Part shown: positions 9,059-17,924 of the stretch, one piece after another
How the letters are laid out: each line of letters begins with the position of its first letter
How positions within the stretch are numbered: position 1 is the stretch's first letter
From: a bacterium
Lineage (GTDB): Bacteria > Patescibacteriota > Patescibacteriia > JAACEG01 > JAGUWE01
Assembly (NCBI GenBank): GCA_043798995.1
Contig: JAZDOD010000004.1
Span: forward strand, 47,860 to 111,859
Length of the DNA: 64,000 bases
Direction: 5' to 3'
The notes under the pieces: generated by a model
What the model was told of the DNA's origin: nothing
What the model saw: only the letters and a program-made list of their open reading frames with translations
The model's database searches: none
Translations under genes and position numbers: made by a program

Positions 9059-9868
9059 TCACTTTTGAGTTCTGACTTTCTCTTCCAGCTGATCCTTTAC
9101 CCCGAATCTTTCTAAAATTTTATTTATTTCTCCCGGAGAAAATTTTTCGGATAAAATCTTTCTTAAATTCCGAGCGGCCATCGGCTCTTTGAGCGGTCCA
9201 CGGCAACCGTCGCAAGGATAGCCAGACGAAGGACAGGGCGCATTGCAACCGCCCAGCATAATCGGCCCCAAACAAGCTTCTCTGTGCTGAAGAAGGCAAA
9301 TATTCTGCCTCAATTGACACTCGTAGCAAACCGGCTGTTCGGGAATTTTGATATTTAATTTTTCTTGCTTGCCACTTGAAAGATAGGCGATAATTTTTTT
9401 GGTCAAGCTGAAAAATTCTTCTTTGTTAATAGGACAGCCCGGAATTTCCAGATCAACCGACACATAAGCCGAAACCGGCTTGATATCGGGATTGTTGATA
9501 AATTCAACGTTGCGATAAACATAGCGGATGGTTTCGTCTTTATTCAAACTGTTTTTTATTTCGGCAATGCCGCCCAGACAAGCGCAGGCGCCGATGGGAA
9601 TTAAAAATCTGGATTGGCTCCGGATTTTTTTGATATTTTCAATATTTTCTTTGGTAATCGGCGTGCCCTCAATAAAAGTTATGTCAAAGCTTTTATGCGC
9701 GGCTTGCTCCTGAACAAAAGAAAAATCGCCGATGATTAAATGGCCTGCCAATTTAAAAAACCGCTCGCCTAAATCCATAATGGCGACCTGACAGCCCTCG
9801 CAGCAGGTTAAAGAAACTATGGCAATGACTGGTTTTTTCATAAATGAAAAATTTCCATGAGAGCTCAT
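9059..9868 (-). CDS. hydD: [NiFe] hydrogenase small (delta) subunit
   Basis: N-terminal CCEGC proximal-cluster motif, C-terminal Cys-rich Fe-S region CYECQ...CNAPCPSSGYPCDGC; alternative start MKKPV at 9841. Confidence 0.85.
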   Translation of the reverse strand: MSSHGNFSFMKKPVIAIVSLTCCEGCQVAIMDLGERFFKLAGHLIIGDFSFVQEQAAHKSFDITFIEGTPITKENIENIKKIRSQSRFLIPIGACACLGGIAEIKNSLNKDETIRYVYRNVEFINNPDIKPVSAYVSVDLEIPGCPINKEEFFSLTKKIIAYLSSGKQEKLNIKIPEQPVCYECQLRQNICLLQHREACLGPIMLGGCNAPCPSSGYPCDGCRGPLKEPMAARNLRKILSEKFSPGEINKILERFGVKDQLEEKVRTQK

Positions 9869-9886
9869 TTTATTGAGCTCTCATGG
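9855..9886 (-). promoter_or_regulatory. perfect intercistronic hairpin spanning the upstream stop and the hydD start
   Basis: CCATGAGAGCTCATTTTATTGAGCTCTCATGG, 12-bp stem; contains the TAA of the upstream ORF and the first ATG of hydD. Confidence 0.35.
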
Positions 9887-10523
9887 AGATAACATTGAAA
9901 TAGTTAAAAATTCTTTCGGTCAGTTTGGTCAATAGTGTTGCTTCTTCTTTACTAATCAGAGCAAAAATCCAGTCCCAATGTATAGCCACATACTGGCCAA
10001 CCTGAATTTGCTTTTCTAAACTCTGAGGAAAACGAGCGCGAATAAATCTAACTTTGCCAAAACTAACCTTTTTAGCTTTACTGTCCCATTCTACACCTTT
10101 AAAAACTATCCAGGCCTGTTTTTTCCCTTTGCGACCAACGTAGCCGCTCAAAACCAAACAGTTATTAAACCGCTTCTGATTTTTTTTAGTTTCTGCCTGA
10201 AAATCATCTTTTAATAAAACCTGCCAGTTATGATGATAAATAAATTTTTTGCCGCGGATAAGCTTTTCATCACCAAGAGTGTAGGCCTTAACGACCTCTT
10301 GTGAAAACGGATTTTTAAAACCGCGGCTTTTGGCCAATAACTGGCAATTCAATTTGGCATTAACTAAACGGTAAGCTAATTTAATAGCCGGAATTTTTGG
10401 TGACTGACCCTTAATCAAGCAATCGACTGTTTCTTCGATGTTTTGCTGTAAATTTACATTTCCACAAAGTTTTTTCTTAGCCGGACCTAAAGCAAATGCT
10501 AAAATTTGGGTAACTCCTTTCAA
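9870..10523 (-). CDS. uncharacterized protein inside the hydrogenase operon (TTG start, coupled to hypC)
   Basis: ORF in frame from TTG 2 nt after the hypC stop with AAGGAGG 8 nt upstream; upstream ATGs would overlap hypC by >75 nt; no recognisable domain. Confidence 0.5.
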   Translation of the reverse strand: MKGVTQILAFALGPAKKKLCGNVNLQQNIEETVDCLIKGQSPKIPAIKLAYRLVNAKLNCQLLAKSRGFKNPFSQEVVKAYTLGDEKLIRGKKFIYHHNWQVLLKDDFQAETKKNQKRFNNCLVLSGYVGRKGKKQAWIVFKGVEWDSKAKKVSFGKVRFIRARFPQSLEKQIQVGQYVAIHWDWIFALISKEEATLLTKLTERIFNYFNVISMRAQ

Positions 10524-10524
10524 T

Positions 10525-10734
10525 TTATTTTCCTCCTTTCTTAAAGAACTTAAAGATTTCTTTGGCTTGGTTTTTGTTAATTTTTTGGATAATATAAGCA
10601 TTTTGGATTGTAACATAATCCCCTGCTTTAGCAAGGCAAATTTTCATACTCACCGTTTCTTGCCTTTCGTCAATTTCAACAACAGCGGTTTTACCTTTGG
10701 TTGAGATAACTTTGGACGGGATGGTTAGACACAT
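10525..10734 (-). CDS. hypC: hydrogenase maturation chaperone HypC/HupF family
   Basis: N-terminal MCLTIPSKV (MC[LI]xIP signature), ~70 aa. Confidence 0.8.
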   Translation of the reverse strand: MCLTIPSKVISTKGKTAVVEIDERQETVSMKICLAKAGDYVTIQNAYIIQKINKNQAKEIFKFFKKGGK

Positions 10735-10747
10735 AATAATATAAACT

Positions 10748-10826
10748 CAAAAGTCAAAGCTCTCCGCCAAAGGCGGATCCGCCTCGGGCGGAAAATGTCA
10801 AAACTTTTGACTTTTAATTTTTAACT
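10748..10826. repeat. type B palindromic repeat (GGCGGATCCGCC core plus TTTTGAC heptamers)
   Basis: AAGTCAAAGCTCTCCGCCAAAGGCGGATCCGCCTCGGGCGGAAAATGTCAAAACTTTTGACTTTT; three overlapping palindromes. Confidence 0.5.
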
Positions 10827-10830
10827 TGGA

Positions 10831-11688
10831 TTATATTACTTCAGCTATATTTTTTATTTCATCATATCTAAAAACCGGGCCCTGATGGCAGACATATTTT
10901 GTACCGATAGCACAATGCTGGCAGACACCGACCCCGCAATGCATCCGCCGTTCAAGCGACAAATAAATGTCGCTGTCGCTAAGGCCTTTAGCTTTTAATT
11001 TTTCCAAAACAAAGCGATACATTATAGGCGGGCCGCATAAATATGCCAAAGCATTTTCCACGATTTTAACTTTATCAAACAAAACTGTTACCACACCAAC
11101 GCACTCTTTCCAGCCCGGACACTCTTTATCAATAGTTAAATGAACGTCAATCCCCTGATCTCGCCACTTTTTTAAATCTTGGCTAAATATAAAATCTTGG
11201 GGGGTGCGGGCACCGTACAAAAGCTGAACTTTAGCGTTTTTGCCTAAAAATTTATTTTTATCCAAAAGCAAAGTCCGAAGCGGAACCAAACCCAACCCAC
11301 CAACTACAATTAAATAATTTTTTCCGCCTAAGGCGGATCCGCCTCTGGCGGAAATTTTTAATTTTGAACTTTTAACTTGAGCGTTAGCGACTGGCCAAAC
11401 CCCATTACCATACGGTCCGCGGAAATTGACCAAATCCCCTACTTTCAAGCTGTGTAGTTTTTCGGTTAAACGGCCAACTTTTCTGACACAAACTTCTAAA
11501 TAATTTTCGCCCAATTTGCCGCAAGGCGCAAACGGCGCTTCGCCATAGCCGGGATAAGAAACCGCGATAATCTGCCCGGGCTGATAAAAAAATTTGGCCG
11601 CCGGCTTAAGCCGAAAAAGTTTGATATTCGGCGCCTCGTCTCTGATTTTAATTATTTTGGCTTGTTTTGGTTGATAAGGATTGAACAT
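10831..11688 (-). CDS. hydG: [NiFe] hydrogenase gamma subunit (FAD/NAD(P)-binding, 2Fe-2S)
   Basis: Ferredoxin-reductase-like fold (GPYG, VVGGLGLVP NAD motif), C-terminal CGVGVCQHC...C cluster; carries an in-frame repeat insertion. Confidence 0.85.
   Translation of the reverse strand: MFNPYQPKQAKIIKIRDEAPNIKLFRLKPAAKFFYQPGQIIAVSYPGYGEAPFAPCGKLGENYLEVCVRKVGRLTEKLHSLKVGDLVNFRGPYGNGVWPVANAQVKSSKLKISARGGSALGGKNYLIVVGGLGLVPLRTLLLDKNKFLGKNAKVQLLYGARTPQDFIFSQDLKKWRDQGIDVHLTIDKECPGWKECVGVVTVLFDKVKIVENALAYLCGPPIMYRFVLEKLKAKGLSDSDIYLSLERRMHCGVGVCQHCAIGTKYVCHQGPVFRYDEIKNIAEVI
11320..11378. repeat. type B palindromic repeat inserted in frame inside hydG
   Basis: TTTCCGCCTAAGGCGGATCCGCCTCTGGCGGAAATTTTTAATTTTGAACTTTTAAC translated as SKLKISARGGSALGGKN just before the NAD-binding glycine motif. 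Confidence 0.5.
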
Positions 11689-11689
11689 A

Positions 11690-12661
11690 TCAGGAAAGTT
11701 TCTTAATGTCTTCTAAAACCTCATTGATATTAATTTTCGCCGGGCACACGACACTGCAACGATTGCAGCCGATACAACCGGCAAAAGAAAATTCTTCAAA
11801 ATTTCTGACAAACTTATGCCAGTACCAAAAACGAATCCGCTCACCCGTGGTTTTTAAAAACTTAGCGCCGCCGGCTACTTCAGAAAATTCGTGATAAAAA
11901 CAGGAGTCCCACGCTCTTACGCGCTGGCCTTGAGTCGGCTCAATCGCCGGCTCGTCGTCAAGGCGGAAGCAATAACAAGTCGGGCAAATAATAGTGCATT
12001 TGCCGCATTCAATACATCTCTTATCAAGTTCGTCCCATATCTTATTATTTTTTGAACTCTTAAATTTATCATAAATCAATTTATGAAACTTGTTTGGCCC
12101 CTCTTCTTTAATCGGGCCGCTAAACTGGATGTGGCGATAATCAGTAATTTTGTTTTTCTCCAGCAATTTTTGGCCGCGCGAACTGCCGCTGAAAACCTCG
12201 AATTTGTCTTTGTTGATGCCGGCCAGAAAAATATCAAACGGCAGATGCTCCAAAATATCTTCTTCGTATTTTTCTTCAAAGATATTGCTTTCAATTGAAG
12301 GCAAAAAATTATGAGCAATGATTAAAATATTGGCTCGGCGCGCCTGATAATACGGATCTTTTTCAAAAACCTGATCGTAGAGTAAAACCGCTTTTAAATC
12401 TAAAATATTAATGCCGAAAATGGCAATTTTGGGCGCAGTTAAATTTTCCTGAAATTTAAATTTATTGTAATCAAACAAAACCGTCTTTTCCGGCAAAAAA
12501 TATTTTTTAAAGCCATGAAACGGCAATTGGTTTTCCAGTGTTAATTCCGCCGGATCTTTAATTTCTGCTACATCAATAAATTTACCGAATCTCTTAGCGC
12601 CGATAATCCGGTGGTCTTTTTGTAAAAACTTGATTAAATTATTTAATTGCTCTTTGGTCAT
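11690..12661 (-). CDS. hydB: [NiFe] hydrogenase beta subunit (4Fe-4S ferredoxin-like)
   Basis: CIECGKCTIICPTCYC and CIGCNRCSVVCP cluster motifs; first gene of the operon. Confidence 0.85.
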   Translation of the reverse strand: MTKEQLNNLIKFLQKDHRIIGAKRFGKFIDVAEIKDPAELTLENQLPFHGFKKYFLPEKTVLFDYNKFKFQENLTAPKIAIFGINILDLKAVLLYDQVFEKDPYYQARRANILIIAHNFLPSIESNIFEEKYEEDILEHLPFDIFLAGINKDKFEVFSGSSRGQKLLEKNKITDYRHIQFSGPIKEEGPNKFHKLIYDKFKSSKNNKIWDELDKRCIECGKCTIICPTCYCFRLDDEPAIEPTQGQRVRAWDSCFYHEFSEVAGGAKFLKTTGERIRFWYWHKFVRNFEEFSFAGCIGCNRCSVVCPAKININEVLEDIKKLS

Positions 12662-12730
12662 ATTTATATAATTATAACAAAAACAATCAAAATTTCCAAA
12701 TAAAAAAATCCGTCCTTTGTCAATAACTAC

Positions 12731-12758
12731 TTGACATTGTCTTTTGAGTTGCTATAAT
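12731..12758 (+). promoter_or_regulatory. sigma70-like promoter of clpB
   Basis: TTGACA-16nt-TATAAT immediately upstream of the CIRCE element. Confidence 0.5.
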
Positions 12759-12763
12759 TTAAA

Positions 12764-12790
12764 TTAGCACTCTAAACCCGCGAGTGCTAA
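12764..12790 (+). promoter_or_regulatory. CIRCE operator (HrcA binding site)
   Basis: TTAGCACTC-N9-GAGTGCTAA, perfect match to the CIRCE consensus, between the -10 and the clpB start. Confidence 0.7.
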
Positions 12791-12797
12791 TTTTCAA

Positions 12798-12884
12798 TGT
12801 CATTCCGCACTTGATGCGGAATCCAGAAACCCTGAAATAAATTCAGGATAACAACGTAGATTCCCGCTTGCGCGGGAATGACAC
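12798..12884. repeat. type A GTCATTCC double-hairpin repeat in clpB 5' UTR
   Basis: TGTCATTCCGCACTTGATGCGGAATCC...CCTGAAATAAATTCAGG...ATTCCCGCTTGCGCGGGAATGACA; three hairpins, outer ends complementary. Confidence 0.5.
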
Positions 12885-12906
12885 AAGTGTATTAAAATAT
12901 AATTTT

Positions 12907-15540
12907 ATGAACCCCCAAAAATTTACGTCTAAATCACAAGAAGCGCTGATGCGGGCGCAAAATTTTGCCATTGAAAATGGCCAGCAGCAAGTTGACGCGC
13001 TTCATTTGCTTTACGCCCTATTCTCCCAGGAAGAAAGCGCTGTTATTGCTATACTTAAAAAACTTAATTTAGATATCAATGCTATTAAAGCCGAGGTACA
13101 AAAAGAAATTGATCGTCTGCCAAAAATCAGAACCACGGCCGGCGGTGCCATGGCAATTTATGCCAGTTTTGAATTGGCCCAAGTTATTGAACTGGCTGAT
13201 CGGCAGACAGCAAATTTCAAAGACGAATACATCAGCACCGAACATCTCTTTTTAGCCCTGATTGAAGTCAGGTCAAAAGCACGGGAAATTTTACAATTAT
13301 TTAATATCAATTACGACCAAGTTTTAAAAATTTTAGCCGAGGTCCGCGGCACCCAGCGCATTACTGACACCGAGCCGGAAGCAAAATTCCAGGCACTGGA
13401 AAAATATGCTTTGAATTTAACTGAAATGGCTCGCAAAGAAAAACTTGATCCGGTCATCGGCCGCGACGAAGAAATCCGCCGCGTGCTTCAGGTTTTATCC
13501 CGCCGCACTAAAAATAATCCGGTACTGATTGGCGAAGCCGGCGTTGGTAAAACTGCCATTGTTGAAGGGCTGGCCCAGCGAATTGTCGGCGGCGATGTGC
13601 CGGAGACATTAAAAAATAAAGAAATTATTTCCCTGGATTTAGGCGCGCTTTTAGCCGGCGCCAAATTCCGCGGTGAATTTGAAGATCGCCTTAAAGCAGT
13701 GCTTCGCGAAATTAAAGAATCAGCCGGTAAAATTATTGTCTTCATTGACGAACTTCATACTTTAGTCGGCGCCGGCGCGGCCGAAGGCGCCTTGGATGCT
13801 TCTAATATGTTAAAACCAATGCTGGCTCGCGGCGAACTTCATGCCGTTGGCGCCACTACCAGTAAAGAATATCAGCGCCATATTGAACGCGATGCGGCTT
13901 TGGAACGAAGATTCCAGCCGATTCTGGTTAATGAGCCATCGGTTGAAGATACAGTGGCTATGCTGAGGGGTTTAAAGGAAAAATATGAAATTCACCACGG
14001 GGTTCATATTACTGATCAGGCCCTGGTAGCGGCCGCCAACCTTTCCTCTCGCTATATCTCGGATCGTTTTTTGCCGGACAAAGCAGTTGATTTAATTGAT
14101 GAAGCAACTTCAGCTCTTAGAATTGAAATTGATAGTATGCCGACTGAATTGGATCAAGCCAAACGAAAAATTATAAAATTAGAAATTGAAAAACAGGCGC
14201 TACTCAAAGAAAAAACAGACGCCAATAAAAAACGTTTAAAAGAATTAAATCAGGAGCTGGAGGATTTAAAAGAAAAAACTCACGGCCTGGAACTTCGCTG
14301 GAAAGCGGAAAAAGAAATGATTACCCACATCCGCCGCCACAAAAAAGAAATTGAGCAATTAAAAACTCAGGCGGAAATTGCCGAACGCGGAGCTAATTTA
14401 GAAAAAGTGGCTGAAATTCGCTACGGTAAAATTCCTCAACTGGAAACTAAGGTCAAAAATGAACAAAAAAAGTTAGGGCAACTGCAAAAAGATGACGGCA
14501 TTCTTAAGGAAGAAGTGGTTGAAGAAGACATTGCCAAGGTGGTTTCACGCTGGACAGGCATACCTATTGCCAAAATGCTCCAAAGCGAAGTGGAAAAATT
14601 AGCTCATATTGAAGAAGTTCTGAAAAAACGAATTGTTGGTCAAGACGATGCTCTTAAAGCCGTGGCCAATGCTATCAGACGCTCGCGTGCCGGCATTGCT
14701 GAAGAAAAACGGCCGATTGGTTCATTTCTTTTTGTCGGCCCGACCGGCGTGGGTAAAACTGAATTAGCCAAAGCTTTGGCCGAATTTATGTTCAACGATG
14801 AAGAAGCAACAATCCGGCTGGATATGAGCGAATATATGGAGCGTCATTCGATAGCTAAACTTATCGGTTCGCCGCCGGGTTATGTTGGTTATGAAGAAGG
14901 CGGACAACTGACCGAACAAATCCGCCGCCGGCCCTACAGCGTCGTGCTTTTTGATGAAATTGAGAAAGCGCACCCCGAAGTTTTCAATATGCTCTTGCAA
15001 ATTTTGGATGATGGGCGCCTGACCGATGCCAAGGGCCGCACGGTTAACTTTAAAAATACAATTATTATTATGACTTCCAATTTGGGCAATCGGCTGATTC
15101 AAGAATACACTATCGGCTTTGCCCAACATCTGCCGGAAAAGAAAGAAGAAGAATTCAAAACCAAAGAAATACGCGAAAAAATTATGAAAATTTTACGCGA
15201 TCATTTTAAATTGGAATTCTTAAACAGAATTGATGAAATAATTATCTTTAAAGGACTTCAAAAACCGGAGATTGAAAAAATTGTTGAATTGCAGCTTAAG
15301 CAAGTTACCAAACGGCTTTCGGAAAAAAATATTAAAATCAGCGTTACCGATAAAGTTAAAAAATATCTGACTGAAGCCGGCTTTGATCCTCTTTTTGGCG
15401 CCCGTCCGCTGAAACGACTAATCCAAAGTGAAATTCTGGACGAATTAGCGCTTCAAATTATTGAAAATAAAATTAAAGAAGGGGATAAAGTGACTGTTAA
15501 TTTAGGAGAGAAAAATAAGATAAGTTTTAAAATAAGTTAA
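12907..15540 (+). CDS. clpB: ATP-dependent chaperone ClpB
   Basis: Clp N-domain, two AAA+ modules ([15 protein letters not shown]; [16 protein letters not shown]), long coiled-coil middle domain; start moved to MNPQKF. Confidence 0.95.
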   Translation: MNPQKFTSKSQEALMRAQNFAIENGQQQVDALHLLYALFSQEESAVIAILKKLNLDINAIKAEVQKEIDRLPKIRTTAGGAMAIYASFELAQVIELADRQTANFKDEYISTEHLFLALIEVRSKAREILQLFNINYDQVLKILAEVRGTQRITDTEPEAKFQALEKYALNLTEMARKEKLDPVIGRDEEIRRVLQVLSRRTKNNPVLIGEAGVGKTAIVEGLAQRIVGGDVPETLKNKEIISLDLGALLAGAKFRGEFEDRLKAVLREIKESAGKIIVFIDELHTLVGAGAAEGALDASNMLKPMLARGELHAVGATTSKEYQRHIERDAALERRFQPILVNEPSVEDTVAMLRGLKEKYEIHHGVHITDQALVAAANLSSRYISDRFLPDKAVDLIDEATSALRIEIDSMPTELDQAKRKIIKLEIEKQALLKEKTDANKKRLKELNQELEDLKEKTHGLELRWKAEKEMITHIRRHKKEIEQLKTQAEIAERGANLEKVAEIRYGKIPQLETKVKNEQKKLGQLQKDDGILKEEVVEEDIAKVVSRWTGIPIAKMLQSEVEKLAHIEEVLKKRIVGQDDALKAVANAIRRSRAGIAEEKRPIGSFLFVGPTGVGKTELAKALAEFMFNDEEATIRLDMSEYMERHSIAKLIGSPPGYVGYEEGGQLTEQIRRRPYSVVLFDEIEKAHPEVFNMLLQILDDGRLTDAKGRTVNFKNTIIIMTSNLGNRLIQEYTIGFAQHLPEKKEEEFKTKEIREKIMKILRDHFKLEFLNRIDEIIIFKGLQKPEIEKIVELQLKQVTKRLSEKNIKISVTDKVKKYLTEAGFDPLFGARPLKRLIQSEILDELALQIIENKIKEGDKVTVNLGEKNKISFKIS

Positions 15541-15609
15541 AGTCATTTCTTTTTTCTTGTTAATTTTTTCTTTTTTTGCTAAAATAAAGCTGTAAGTTTT
15601 AGAGTAATT

Positions 15610-17034
15610 ATGAATTATAATAAAAAAATGGAGAAAACTGCAGTGAAGATAATTTGTAGCTGCCTGATTTTAAGCGTGGCCTTGCCGGCTTCGTCTTTGA
15701 CCTTTGATCCGAATTATATAATTTCCGATTCGGAGATTACTGATTATACCACTTTGAATTTAGAACAAATCCAATATTTTTTAGTCCGCTATGATAGTTA
15801 TTTAGCTAATTATATTACCGTTGATAATGACGGCCAGGCCAAAAGCGCAGCCCAGATAATTTATGAACGTTCGGTAAATAATAAATTAAACCCGCAGTTT
15901 ATTTTAGTTTTATTGCAAAAAGAGCAAGGGTTGGTTGAGGATGAGGCACCTCAGCCAAGCCAATTAGATTGGGCTACCGGTTACGGTTGTCCGGATAGCG
16001 GCGGTTGCAATTCCCGCTGGCAGGGATTTTTTAAACAAGTCAACTCAGCAACGCTCCAATTTCGCGATTATCTAGATAACCCTCATTTATATAACTATAA
16101 AAAGAATGTCACTTATGTTTTTCAAGACAAAACCGGCGATAACCTAAACATCACTGAGGTTACGCCGATCAATTACGCTACCGCTTCTTTATACAATTAC
16201 ACTCCTCATGTCTATAATGGCAATTATAATTTTTGGCGGCTTTGGCAGGAATATTTTACTAAAAATTATCCTGATGGCGCCCTGCTTCAGGAAAAAGGAA
16301 GTCCTGGCATCTGGCTGATTCAGTACGATAAAAAAAGAGCCTTTATGTCAAAAGCGGCTTTTTTGTCCCGCTATAGTTTGGATAAAGTAATTCAAATAAC
16401 GCACAGTGATTTAGAAAAATATGAAACCGGTGACCCCATCAAATTTGCCCAGTATTCCCTACTTCGCTCACCAAAAGGCACGGTTTATCTTTTAGTTGAC
16501 GAGGCGAAACGTGGCATAACTTCAAGCGCTGTCTTTAAAAAAATCGGCTTTAGTAAAGAAGAAATTATTGATGTTGAATGGAACGATTTAAACTCAATTC
16601 CTGAAGGCCAGCCGATCACTGAAAAAGACATTTATCCAACCGGCGCGCTTCTGCAAAATAGTAAAACCGGCGGCATTTATTTTGTCTACGCCGGTCTAAA
16701 ATATCCACTTTGGGGCAAAGAACTACTAACGATTAATTTTCCTAAGAAAAAAATAATTCCGACCAAACCCCAAGAATTGGAAGCCTGGCCAACCGGTGAT
16801 CCTATTAAAATTAAAGACGGTGAATTAGTCAAAGCAACCGGCAATCCTTCGGTTTATGTTATTTCAAATGGGCAACGCCGGGCAATTACTTCGGCTGAAG
16901 CTTTTGTCGGTTTGGGCTATAAATGGGAATACATTAAGACCGTTTCTGAAAAAGTGCTGAGTTTACATTCTGAAGGCGAACCCTTGGACATTGTTACCAC
17001 CAAACAACCGGAGGTAAACTTAGCAAGCTATTAA
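15610..17034 (+). CDS. secreted protein with four ~55-aa tandem repeat modules
   Basis: Signal peptide; repeated blocks with conserved G-x-VY-x-I-x-NGQRR-x-I-S-x-x-AF...GY; no family assignment. Confidence 0.5.
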   Translation: MNYNKKMEKTAVKIICSCLILSVALPASSLTFDPNYIISDSEITDYTTLNLEQIQYFLVRYDSYLANYITVDNDGQAKSAAQIIYERSVNNKLNPQFILVLLQKEQGLVEDEAPQPSQLDWATGYGCPDSGGCNSRWQGFFKQVNSATLQFRDYLDNPHLYNYKKNVTYVFQDKTGDNLNITEVTPINYATASLYNYTPHVYNGNYNFWRLWQEYFTKNYPDGALLQEKGSPGIWLIQYDKKRAFMSKAAFLSRYSLDKVIQITHSDLEKYETGDPIKFAQYSLLRSPKGTVYLLVDEAKRGITSSAVFKKIGFSKEEIIDVEWNDLNSIPEGQPITEKDIYPTGALLQNSKTGGIYFVYAGLKYPLWGKELLTINFPKKKIIPTKPQELEAWPTGDPIKIKDGELVKATGNPSVYVISNGQRRAITSAEAFVGLGYKWEYIKTVSEKVLSLHSEGEPLDIVTTKQPEVNLASY

Positions 17035-17102
17035 TTTCATTATTTAATTAAAAATTAAAACTGTAATTTTAACTTTTGACTTTTGAATTAACTTTAAATC
17101 AT

Positions 17103-17891
17103 ATGCTCGTCTTTGCAGGCATTACGCCTCATCCACCAATTTTAATTGAAAGTATTGGCAAGGAAAATTTAGAAAAAATTAAAAAAACTCGCGAAGCGCT
17201 TCTTCAATTAGAAGAAGAAATTTATACGGCTAAAACCGAAATCATTATTGTTATTTCGCCTCACGGCGAAGTTCAGCCTGATTATTTTACGGTTAATCTT
17301 AGCCCTAATTTTGAAGGTGATTTTAAAGAATTCGGCGATTTTGTCACCAAATTATCATTCAAAGGTAATAGTCAGTTTGCTCATCAAATCAAAACCGAAG
17401 CCGAAAATAAAATTCCGGTTACTTTGATCAGTTCCCCAACCATAGATCATGGCAGTTTGGTGCCGCTTTATTATCTGACAAGACATCTGCCCAATATCAC
17501 GGTTGTGCCAATAAGCTTTAGCTTGCTTGATTTTAATAAACATCTGCTTTTTGGCCAAATTTTAAAAAGAGCTTGTGTCAAAAGCAATAAACGTATTGCC
17601 ATTGTCGCTTCCGGTGATTTATCGCACCGCTTAACTAAAAACGCGCCGGCGGGTTATTCTCCGGTCGGAAAAGTCTTTGACAAAAAATTAATCCGGGCCA
17701 TTGAAACTAAAAAAACTGATGAAATTTTTGCCTTTGATGATAAATTTATTGAACAGGCCGGGGAATGCGGACTGCGATCTTTCTTAATTTTGCTCGGAGC
17801 TTTAAGTAAGATAAATTACCAACCGGAACTTTTATCCTATGAAGGACCTTTTGGCGTTGGTTATTTAGTTATGAATTTTGTCCTAAGATAA
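17103..17891 (+). CDS. class III extradiol dioxygenase / Memo-like (LigB superfamily) protein
   Basis: GITPHPP, ISPHGE, IDHGSLVP, SGDLSHRL motifs typical of LigB/DODA-like fold; start taken at MLVFAG. Confidence 0.6.
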   Translation: MLVFAGITPHPPILIESIGKENLEKIKKTREALLQLEEEIYTAKTEIIIVISPHGEVQPDYFTVNLSPNFEGDFKEFGDFVTKLSFKGNSQFAHQIKTEAENKIPVTLISSPTIDHGSLVPLYYLTRHLPNITVVPISFSLLDFNKHLLFGQILKRACVKSNKRIAIVASGDLSHRLTKNAPAGYSPVGKVFDKKLIRAIETKKTDEIFAFDDKFIEQAGECGLRSFLILLGALSKINYQPELLSYEGPFGVGYLVMNFVLR

Positions 17892-17924
17892 AACGCCCTT
17901 TAAAAATAATAAAGGAGGACTGAA

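Noticed and set aside
9870-10634. Upstream ATG starts (MLKQGIMLQSKM...) for the unknown hydrogenase-operon ORF
   Set aside because: They would overlap hypC by 75-110 nt in another frame. A TTG with a strong AAGGAGG sits exactly at the hypC stop, so the shorter coupled start is far more plausible.
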